Assembly: GCA_963727485.1 (NCBI GenBank) | Contig: CAVSGM010000002.1 | Location: 352,001-416,000 of the forward strand | From: an uncultured delta proteobacterium | Lineage (GTDB): Bacteria; Myxococcota; Myxococcia; SLRQ01 | DNA length: 64,000 bases | Reading direction: 5' to 3' | Shown here: positions 34,322-43,410 of the stretch, piece by piece | Layout of the letters: each line of letters opens with the position of its first letter | How positions within the stretch are numbered: the stretch's first letter is position 1 | Program-made: the position numbers and the translations under genes | Notes under the pieces: generated by a model | What the model was told of the DNA's origin: nothing | The model's database searches: none | The model's input: only the letters and a program-made list of their open reading frames with translations

Positions 34322-35094
34322 ATGACCGAACCGCCCTCCGTCCCGCCCGCGCCGCCGCCGAAGAAGACCAGCGGCCTGGCCATCGCCGCCTTCGTCCTCT
34401 CGCTCATCCTCTGCTTCCCGCCGCTGTCGATCCTCGGGGCCATCCTGGGGATCGTGGCCCTGGTCCGGATGGGCGGGCGCCCGGAGCTGGGCGGGAAGAC
34501 CCTGAGCATCGTCTCCATCCCCCTGGGCGCGCTCTCGGTGGTGGTCACCGGGGTCCTGGCGGCGATCCTCATCCCCAACTTCGTCTACTTCAATGCCCGG
34601 GCGAAGACGGTCGAGGCCAAGGGCAACCTCCAGGCCCTTGCCACCGCCGAGATGAGCTACCAGGCGGAGCACTCGGCCCTCACCGCGGACATGGCCGCCA
34701 TCGGGTTCCGGCCCGAGCACAGCAACCGGTACGCCTACTTCCTGGCCGCGAGCGGGCCCACCGAGCGCCGCGGCACCACCGCGTCGGTCCCGCCGGCGCA
34801 CCCGGTGATCATCGACGTCGATACGGGGAAGTACCCGTACCTGCACGCCTTCGCGACCTTCGCCGAGACCGGCTGCCCGCTCGGACCGCCCGGGCCGACG
34901 GGGGCCCGCCCCTCGCCCTGGGCGTCAGCGGCGCCGGCGCCCAGGCGGCGTTCCTCGCTGCCGCCGCGGGCAACGTGGACAACGACGCCACCATCGACTG
35001 CTGGTCGGTCTCCAGCGTCACCCGGCGGACGCCGAGGGGCGCCACGATCGCCGCGGGCAAGCCCTTCCACGAGCAGGACGACGTCCACCACTGA
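34322..35094 (+). CDS. DUF4190-like membrane domain fused to a type IV pilin-like domain (frameshift near 34915)
   Basis: KTSGLAIAAFVLS...GAILGIVAL; IPNFVYFNARAKTVEAKGNL; AAGNVDNDATIDCWSVS. Confidence 0.75.
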
Positions 35095-35186
35095 GGTCCC
35101 GCCCGCGACGCCCCGCCCTAGGCGAGCCCCCTCCCACGGTCGGGGTAACGGACCCTGGGCTCGTTCGTACGACCTTTCGGCAGTCG

Positions 35187-37118
35187 GTGTTCCACCAGAA
35201 GCTACTCCCCAGCGCCGGGACCCGGATGCCGCTGGGCGGCCCCTACCTCGACAGGCCGCCATGGGCCAGATCGCCGGCTGGATTCTGCGCCGGGGCGCCG
35301 CCCCCCGGGGCCGCCACCGACGGCGGGACCCCGACGACGGAGGCGTCCCCGACGGAGGGACCGCAGATGGCGGGACCTCGGACGGGGGCACGCCGACGGC
35401 GGGACTCCGGCGCCGGTCGATCACCGCCCTCACCCCCAGCCAGGTCTTCGCCGGCGACGGGGCCTTCACCCTCACCCTCACCGGCACCGGCTTCGCCAGC
35501 GACGCCACGGTCACCGTGGGCGGCGTGAACGTCTCCAGCCACCTTCGTGAGCGCCACCACCCTCACCGCCAGCGTCGACGCCGCCTCGACGCCGATGGCG
35601 CCACCCTCCCGGTGGTGGTCACCGACCCCACGCCCACCGCGGTCTCCAGCGCGCCGGTGGACCTGCGTCGTGGACAACCCCGCGCCGGTGATCACCGTGA
35701 TCCAGCCCGCCGCCGTCGCCACCGGCGGGGCGCCCTTCACCCTCCAGGTCACCGGTTCGGGCTTCGTGCCCGAGCGCCTCGGTCACCCTCGACGGCACCG
35801 CCGTGAGCACCACCTTCGTGAGCGCCACCGCCTCACCGCCGGCATGCCCAGCTTCCAGGCCCCGGGGAGCCACGCCATCGCGGTGGTGAACCCGGCCCCC
35901 GGGGGCGGGACCTCGGCGAGCGCCAGCCTCACCGCGAGCGCCACCACCGGGCCCACCCTCACCGGGCTCGCGCCGGCGAGCGCCGCGGCGAACACCGCGT
36001 TCACCCTGGCCGTCACCGGCTCGGGCTACGCGTGCCAGGGCCAGAAGAGCGTGGTGACCTTCGGCACCGCGACCCTCACCCCCACGAGCTGCACCCAGAC
36101 CAGCCTCGACGTGGCCGTGCCGGCGACCCCCGCGGGCACCTACCCGGTCACGGTCACCAACCCCGGCACCGGGATGACCAGCAACGCCGTGAGCCTTCGA
36201 CGTCTCGGCCCCCAACCCGGTGCCCACCCTCAGCGCCATCACCCCGGCCGCGGTCAGCGCCGGGAGCGGGGCCTTCACCCTCACCGTGACCGGCACCGGC
36301 TTCGTGCCCGCCTCCACCGTGGACGTCGACGGGAGCGCCCGGACCACCCACTATCGTGGGCGCCACCAGCGTCACCGCCGACCTCACCAGCGCCGACACC
36401 GCCTCCGCGGGGACCCACGCCATCAGCGTGGTGAACCCCGCCCCCGGCGGCGGGACCAGCGGCAGCCTCGCGCTCACGGTGGACGCGGTGAACCCGGTGC
36501 CCACGGTCACCAGCCTCTCGCCCTGCGGGACCTACGCCGGCGCCGCCGCCCTCACCCTCACCGTGACCGGGCTCGGGCTTCGCCAGCGGCGCCCAGGTGA
36601 CCTTCGCCGGCGCCCCGGTGACCACCACCTTCGTCAGTGCCACCCAGGTCACAAGCCGCCATCCCGGCGAGCTTGGTGGCCACCCCCGTCGCCGGCGACA
36701 TCGGTGCCGGTGGCGCGTCACGAACCCGTCCCCCGGGGGCGGCACCTCGGGTCGACCGTGGACTTCGGCCTCGCCACCCAGCAGGTGACCGTTCACCGCC
36801 GACGTCCAGACCGGCATCTTCACCCCCACCTGCGCCAAGAGTCGCTGCCACGTGACCGGTGTCCCCACGTCACCCATGAGCCTCGAGGCCGGGAAGGCCT
36901 ACGGCAACCTGGTCGGGGTCGCAGAGCACCGAGTGCGCGAGCGTCTGCGTGTCGAGGCCTGCGGCGCCGACCCCGGCCCGAGTAGCTACCTGGTCGCCAA
37001 GATCACCGGCACCGACATCTGCCAGGGCTCGAAGATGCCCAAGGTCGGGTCAGCTGACCGGCGCACCGAGATCCAGCAGATCACCGACTGGATCGCCGAG
37101 GGCGCGCCGAACAACTGA
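35187..37118 (+). CDS. Multi-IPT/TIG repeat protein with C-terminal c-type cytochrome-like domain (multiple frameshifts; start uncertain)
   Basis: Repeated FTLTVTGTGF...VVNPAPGGGTS; C-terminal TCAKSRCH...SYLVAKITG...KMP...ITDWIAEGAPNN. Confidence 0.7.
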
Positions 37119-37130
37119 CCGCCGGCGCTC

Positions 37131-38934
37131 CTAGCCGGCTTTGCGCGCCAGCACCCGGTAGGTGTTCGAGCGCCCCGGCGCGCGCCGGCCCGGCTCGGCG
37201 AGCTTGTCCAGGAGCATCCCCGCGGGCAGCAGCCACCCGAGGGTCGCCCACACCAGGTTGCGCCAGGCGCCCTGCCCCACCCGCTGCGGCCGCCAGGGCC
37301 GCCCGGGCCCCGGGGCCAGGTGCCCCAGCAGCATGATCGATGCCGCGGTCCAGTCCACCGCCTGGTGGGCCTCGCCCCGGTGCCGGGCGACGACCTGCGA
37401 AGCCGTGCTTCTCCAGGAGGCCCGCGAGGGTGTCGATGGGCACCAGGTGCTGGTGCTGGGGCTGGAAGTACGGGAGCCACCAGCGCCCCAGGCGCTTGCG
37501 GATGTCGCACTCGGGGTCCGGGACCTCGATGAGCAGGTGGCCCCCGGGCTCGAGGACCGTCGCCGCCGCCGCCACCTCGGCCTCGGGATCCCGGGTGTGC
37601 TCGAGGTAGTGGCTCATGCTCACCACGTCGTAGCCCCCGGCCAGGGACGGGGCGAGCTCCGGGAAGAGCCCCCGGTGGCCCTGGTCGATCCACCTTCGCG
37701 CCTCGGCCTCCTCCACAGCGTCGGTGAGGTCGAGGCCCTCGAAGCGGGTCTCGGGCCACCTCGGCCTTCAGCGCCAGCGGCAGGTGGCCGTGACCGGTGC
37801 CCACGTCGAGCCAGCGCCTCGGCTTCGGCACCGCCGTCGGCCACCAGGTCGCCGCGCTGCTCGTACTGGGGCGCCGAGAAGCCGAAGATCCCGTCGAGGC
37901 CCGCGGCGCCCAGGCCGTCGTAGAAGTCCCGGTAGTAGAAGTCGAGGCCGGCCAGCGAGAGGCGGGGGTTCTGGAACACGTGGCCGCAGCCCCGGCAGTG
38001 CTCGAGGCGGAAGCGCCCGGGCTTGTACTGGAAGAGGTCCGGGCACTCGACCTCGAGCTCCAGGTCGGTGGCGCCGCAGAGCGGGCAGTCGGCGCGCCGG
38101 GGGTCGAAGAAGGCGGTCCGTCCCCGCGGCCATCATCTCCGCGTAGACCGGGCGGCGCTCGGCCACCGGGTCCTCGCCCGCGGCGTGGGCCGGGCCGGCG
38201 AGGGTGTCGAGGACCTGCCAGACCACCAGGGGGACCCGGAGGACCACCGAGAGCAGGAGATCCCGGGGCCGCGCCCGGCGACCCGGCCACCACCAGCAGC
38301 GGCTGGAGGTGGAAGACCAGGAGGGCCGCCAGGCCGAAGGTCGGCGCCAGGGCGATGCTCGCCCCCAGGAGCCCCGAGGAGGATCACCTGGCCGGCGACG
38401 AAGGCGGGCGCCACCGGGCCCAGGGTCTCCCGGAGGATGGCGCGCTGGAGGCGCCCGGGGACCGGCGGGGCCACGAGATCCGGGGCCAGGGCGTGGCCGG
38501 TGGTCCGGGCGGCGAAGTGCTTGAGGCGCGCCCCGAGGCGGATGGCGGCGATGGCGTCGCCCGGGGCCTCGGCCTCGGCCCGGCGGGCGACCTCGGGATC
38601 CACCGCGAAGGCGGCGCCGGCGGTGCGGCCGCCGATGAAGGGGGCCTGGCGCTGGACGTCGGGATCGGCGAGGGCGAGGAAGCCCAGGAGGCGCTCCACC
38701 GGGAGATCGCCGGGGACCAGGTCGACGACCTCCAGGCCCTCGGCGCTGGCGTGGGCGGCGGCGGCGGCCACGGTGCCCGCGGGGACCTCGCACCCGGGGA
38801 CCGCGAGGATCACCGGGGCCTCGGGCCGGCGTGCCGTCGGCGCCGGTGAGGACCGGGAGGCGCCCCAGGCGGCCCCGGAGCCGGAGGGCGTCCACGACCC
38901 AGAGGAGCATGAGCACCAGCGCGACCCACCTCAT
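37131..38934 (-). CDS. Membrane-anchored class I SAM methyltransferase (multiple frameshifts)
   Basis: N-terminal TM; CPLCG..CRGCGHVFQNPR; WLDVGTGHG; MSHYLEHTRDP; LLIEVPD. Confidence 0.75.
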
Positions 38935-40159
38935 GAGGCACCCGTCCCTTCCGCCCCCGCCCGTTCACTGCTGCCGATGGCCCGGCCCCGGCGCCCCGCC
39001 GCCCCGGCGAGGGCCTCGAGGCGGGACGCGGCCTCGTCGGCGCCCCCGGCACCCTGGAAGCTCGCCTGGATGCGCCGCGCCGCCGCCCGGTAGGCGCCGT
39101 CCTCGAGGACGGTGCGGAGGGCGACCGGCGAGCTGGCCCGCGGTGATACGCCCGAAGCTGCAGGCGCACCCCGGCCCCGGCAGCGACCACCTGCCCGGCG
39201 ACCACCGGCTGGTCGTCCTTCACCGGCGCCACCACCAGGGGCAGGCCGTGGGCCAGGGCCTCGCAGACCGTGTTGTGCCCGGCGTGGGTCACCACCGCGT
39301 CCACGTGGTCGAGGAGGGCCACCTGGGGGACGAAGTCCCGGCGGATGACGTTGGGCGGCAGCTCGGGGCACCGGTCCGCCGGGGCCACCAGGATGCCCTG
39401 CACCGGCAGGGACCCCAGGGCCTCGCAGGCGGCGGCGAAGAACCGCCGGCCCCGCTCGAAGTTCACCGTGCCCAGGCTCACCAGGACCTTGGGGCCGTCG
39501 GCGAGGGCGTCCCAGGGGAAGTCGACCTGGGGGCGGTCGGCGAAGGCCGGGCCCACGAAGGCATAGTGCCCGGGCCAGGGCCCCGCGCCCACCAGGGCCT
39601 CGGTGGAGAACACGACCACCAGGTGGGGTGAGAGGTCCGGGGAGCCGGGGGCCGGGTCGAGGCCCGCCTCGGCCTCGAGGGTGCGCACCTGCTGGTCGAG
39701 CCAGGCCTGCACCTTGGGCAGGCCCGCCAGGGGGTCGGTGATGGAGGCGGAGGTGGTGACGAAGCTGGCCCAGGGCAGGCCCCGGCGCCGGGCGACCAGG
39801 GTGCCCGCCAGCGTCTGGTGGTCGACGATCAGGGCGTCGGGGGCGAAGGCGTCCACCACGGCCTCGACCCCCGGCCGCATGGCCCGGGCCAGCGGCACCA
39901 GGAAGTCCTCCCAGAGGAACTTCAGGGACGCCAGGCCCCGGACGGTGTTGGCCCGGGCGGTCATCTTCTCCATGAGCGGCCTGGGCACCCGGTCGTCGAG
40001 CTCGTAGAGGGTGGCGCCGGCGGGGAGCCTTGGCCGCACCGCCCCCGGGTGCCCCACCCAGGCCACCTCGTGGCCCCGGCCGGCGAGGCTGGCGGCCACC
40101 GAGACGGTGGGGTTCACGTGCCCGGTGAGCGGGGGCACCACGAAGAGGAAGCGGCTCAC
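38931..40159 (-). CDS. GT1 (MGT/UDP-glycosyltransferase-like) glycosyltransferase (frameshift near 39150)
   Basis: PPLTGHVNP, VSLGT, FVPQVALL..VTHAGHNTVCEAL.HGLP..DQ. Confidence 0.88.
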
Positions 40160-40935
40160 GCGCCGGCCCCCCGGACCCAGGCCCCGAGGCGGTCCTTCAC
40201 GGTGTCGGTGGCCTCCCAGAGGACCGAGTGGCCGCAGCCGGGGAGCACCTCCACGGTGGCCCGGGGGAGCCTTTGGCAGAAGGCCTCGCCGACCGCCCGG
40301 ACGTCGGAATCGGCGCCGTAGAGGGCGAGCACCGGGGCCTCGAGGGCGGCGAGCGCGGCGGGGTCCACCGCCGGGGAGGCCTCGAGGTCGGCGAGGAGCG
40401 AGGTGCCCTCGACCAGGGCCTGGGCCTGGGTGGCCAGGCGGGTGCGCTTCCGGGCGCTGTGCCGGCCCGCCCAGGCGGCGAAGCGGTCGGCGATGAGGCT
40501 GTCCCGGTCGTCACCCTCGAGCCGAAGGGTGCCGGCCATCCGCGTGCCCCACCCCGGGTCCGGGACCAGGGCGTCCACGAGGAAGAGGCTCGCCACCGAC
40601 GCCGGCCGGGCCGCGGCGAAGGCCAGCGCCAGGAGGCCCCCGAAGCTGTTGCCCACCAGGTGCACCGGCCCGTCGACGCCGAGGCCGTCGAGGAGGGCCC
40701 CGAGGTCGGCGACCAGGTCGTCGAGGCCGTAGCCGGTGGCCGGGCGCGCGGAGAGGCCGTGGCCCTTGAGATCGTAGAGGATGGCCTCGGCGACGCCTTT
40801 GACCGCCGGCGCCGCGGCGAAGTACCAGCTCGAGAGGTTGTCCATGACCAGGCCGTGGACGAAGACCACGGTCTTCTCCCCGGCGCCGACGCGCTGGACG
40901 TGGTGGCGGACGCCCCGGAGCGCGAGATCAGCCAT
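40156..40935 (-). CDS. Alpha/beta hydrolase
   Basis: FVHGLVMD, YDLKGHG, GNSFGG, GCGHSVL. Confidence 0.85.
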   Translation of the reverse strand: MADLALRGVRHHVQRVGAGEKTVVFVHGLVMDNLSSWYFAAAPAVKGVAEAILYDLKGHGLSARPATGYGLDDLVADLGALLDGLGVDGPVHLVGNSFGGLLALAFAAARPASVASLFLVDALVPDPGWGTRMAGTLRLEGDDRDSLIADRFAAWAGRHSARKRTRLATQAQALVEGTSLLADLEASPAVDPAALAALEAPVLALYGADSDVRAVGEAFCQRLPRATVEVLPGCGHSVLWEATDTVKDRLGAWVRGAGA

Positions 40936-41689
40936 CGAGGGCCTCCACCAGGGCCGCGGTGAGCCCCGCCGGGTTCTCGAGGGGCAGGTAGTGGCCGCCG
41001 TCGAGCGCCACCAGGCGCGCGCCGGGGACCACCCGGGCCAGGCGCGCCCCGGCGGGGAGGCAGGCGGACGACCGGCCGTAGACGGCGGTGAGGGGGGCCT
41101 CGAGGGCGGCGAGCTCGGCGTCGGGGACGTCGGCCTCGGCGGCCAGGTCCCGGGGGAGCGTGGTCCCGCCCACCAGGCCCGAGAGCTGGCCCAGGAGGCG
41201 CCGGGCCCGCCGGCCGCCGCCATCGAGGGCCGCCCGCTGCACCGCCGGGAGGCCCGCCACCAGGGTCGCCGGATCGGCGCTGGCGGCGACGGCGTCGATC
41301 TCGCCGAGGGTCGACGGGGGGAGCGGCGCGTCCACCAGGACCAGCCGGCGCACCTGCTTCGGGCGGTCGAGGGCGAAGCGCAGGGCCACCAGGCCCCCGA
41401 AGCTGTGGCCCACCAGGTCCACCGGCCCGGCAACCTCGAGGGCGCCGAGGAGGGCCTCGAGGTCCCCGGCCTGGGTCGCGACGTCGTAGCCGGTGCCGGG
41501 CCGCTCGGAGCGCCCGTGGCCGCGCAGGTCGTAGAGGACCACCCGGTGCGCCTTGGCCAGGGCCGGCGCCGCGGTGAAGTACCAGCCCGCCAGGCTCCCC
41601 ACCAGGAGCCCGTGGAGCATGACCACCGGGGGCCCGCTCCCGAGCTGCTGGACGTGGAAGCGCAGGCCGGCTGCGGGGATCAGCGACAC
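40928..41689 (-). CDS. Alpha/beta hydrolase
   Basis: MLHGLLVG, YDLRGHG, GHSFGG, GGHYL. Confidence 0.87.
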   Translation of the reverse strand: MSLIPAAGLRFHVQQLGSGPPVVMLHGLLVGSLAGWYFTAAPALAKAHRVVLYDLRGHGRSERPGTGYDVATQAGDLEALLGALEVAGPVDLVGHSFGGLVALRFALDRPKQVRRLVLVDAPLPPSTLGEIDAVAASADPATLVAGLPAVQRAALDGGGRRARRLLGQLSGLVGGTTLPRDLAAEADVPDAELAALEAPLTAVYGRSSACLPAGARLARVVPGARLVALDGGHYLPLENPAGLTAALVEALDG

Positions 41690-41970
41690 CGGCCGATGAA
41701 CTCCACCACCTCGCCGACGGTGAGCCCGATGATGGCGTCCAGGTCCTTGTCGGCGAGCCAGCCGACGAAGTCCACGCCCTCGCCATAGCGGGCCTGCATC
41801 TTCTCGGCGAGGGCGACGAGCTCGATGCTCTCGAGCTCCAGGTCCTCGGAGAACGAGGTCTCGGGGCCGATGTCCAGCTCGTCTGCCCAGCCCTCGCCGA
41901 TGACCTCGCGGACGAGGCCGGCGACGGTCTGGAGGATCTCCTGCTCGGATGTCGATACCAGGGTGTCCAT
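41680..41970 (-). CDS. Stand-alone acyl carrier protein
   Basis: Acidic, 96 aa; DLELESIELV Ppant-site variant; LTVGEVVEFI. Confidence 0.85.
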   Translation of the reverse strand: MDTLVSTSEQEILQTVAGLVREVIGEGWADELDIGPETSFSEDLELESIELVALAEKMQARYGEGVDFVGWLADKDLDAIIGLTVGEVVEFIGRCR

Positions 41971-42058
41971 CTCACCCCCTGGGTACCACGAATCCGAGGT
42001 CGATGCCGCATTCCGGGGCCTTACGGGCGACAGCCGGGGTCGGCTATCCTGCGGGCCG

Positions 42059-42904
42059 ATGCCGGTTGCCGACGACCACTCCGGCGGAGACCTCTCGGTC
42101 ACCGCCCTCTACACCTGCCAGACCTGGGCCTGGGGCGGCCTCCCGGGGGCCGAGCTGCTGGCCACCGCCGACAGCCGCCGGGTCTTCGGCGCCACCAACC
42201 TCTTCCTCGGCCTCGCCCGGCTCTTCCGGCCCCGGCTGCCCTCCCTGCGCCACTCCCTGGTGCTCCGGCACCTCATCCTCGACCACCTCACCGCCGAGGC
42301 CGGGAGCCCCCAGGTCCTCGAGCTCGCCGCCGGGCTCTCCCGCCGGGGCGTGACCCTCTCCTTGGACCCGGCGGTCACCTGCACCGAGGTCGACCTGCCC
42401 CCCATGGTCGCCCACAAGCGCGCCCTCCTCGCCGGGACCGAGGCCGGCCGCGCCGCCCTCGCCCGCCCCAACCTCCGCCTGGTCGAAGGCGACGCCCTCG
42501 ATGGCGCCTGGACCGGGCTCGTGGACCCATCCCGGCCGGTGACCCTCATCGCCGAGGGCCTCCTGGTCTACCTCGACGCCGAGGCCCGCCGGGCCCTGTG
42601 GCGCCTCGCCGCCGAGGTCCTCCGGGCCGCCGGCGGCGTGCTCCTCTTCGACCTGGTCCCCGGCGCCGAGGAGCCCCGCCCGGGCCCCCTCGGCCGGGCC
42701 CTGGGCTGGCTGATGCGCCGGTTCACCGGAGGCCGGGGCTTCGTCCGCGCCGGGGAGACCCGCTCCGAGCTCGTCGCCGACCTGGCCGCCTGCGGGCTCA
42801 CCGACGTGACCCTGGTGGAGCCGGCGACGGCGCCGGCGGGCTGGCAGCTCCCCTTCGGGGACCGGCGCACCCAGACCGTGGTCTTCCGCTGCGCCCCGCC
42901 GTGA
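42059..42904 (+). CDS. Leucine carboxyl methyltransferase-like SAM methyltransferase
   Basis: QVLELAAGLSRRG, EVDLP, IAEGLLVYL. Confidence 0.8.
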   Translation: MPVADDHSGGDLSVTALYTCQTWAWGGLPGAELLATADSRRVFGATNLFLGLARLFRPRLPSLRHSLVLRHLILDHLTAEAGSPQVLELAAGLSRRGVTLSLDPAVTCTEVDLPPMVAHKRALLAGTEAGRAALARPNLRLVEGDALDGAWTGLVDPSRPVTLIAEGLLVYLDAEARRALWRLAAEVLRAAGGVLLFDLVPGAEEPRPGPLGRALGWLMRRFTGGRGFVRAGETRSELVADLAACGLTDVTLVEPATAPAGWQLPFGDRRTQTVVFRCAPP

Positions 42905-42942
42905 GACGGCCCGAGACCCCCACGCGTGCTAGCGTCCGGCCG

Positions 42943-43410
42943 ATGGCCGACGACCCCACGAGCCCCATCGACGACGCCGACGAGCGCCGGCGCGAGCGGC
43001 GCCTGTGGGTCGGCCTGGGGGTCGCCTCGGTGGTGGCCGCCCTCCTCTTCGGGCCGGGGCTGGTGCACCTCTCCGAGCGGCAGATGGAGATGGAGGCCGC
43101 CCGGTGGCCCTCGACCTGGCGGCCCGTGGCCCGGGCCATGGTCTCCCTCGCCGAGCGGGTCCCCGCCGAGCGACGCAGCGGCCCCGGGGACGAGGCCTGG
43201 GTCCCCGAGGCCATCCGCCACCTCCACGGGCGGGTCGACGCCGCACCGGGCCGGGTCACCGTGACCTTCGGCGATCCCGCCCACCGGTTCGGCTACCGGC
43301 TGGTGCCGGACCCGGCGGAGGCCGACGCCACCCACCTCGCGTGGCGCTTGAGCTACTTCTCCTACAGGCTTGATTCGCCGAAGGTTTTGAAGGTGATCCG
43401 CCGGCCCTAG
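42943..43410 (+). CDS. Hypothetical single-TM protein
   Basis: LWVGLGVASVVAALLFG TM helix; fills the gap between convergent genes. Confidence 0.5.
   Translation: MADDPTSPIDDADERRRERRLWVGLGVASVVAALLFGPGLVHLSERQMEMEAARWPSTWRPVARAMVSLAERVPAERRSGPGDEAWVPEAIRHLHGRVDAAPGRVTVTFGDPAHRFGYRLVPDPAEADATHLAWRLSYFSYRLDSPKVLKVIRRP

Noticed and set aside
26500..39200. Mass pseudogenisation or programmed frameshifting
   Set aside because: Indels also hit conserved metabolic genes whose motifs are intact, often at homopolymers, and cluster by region. This fits long-read consensus error better.
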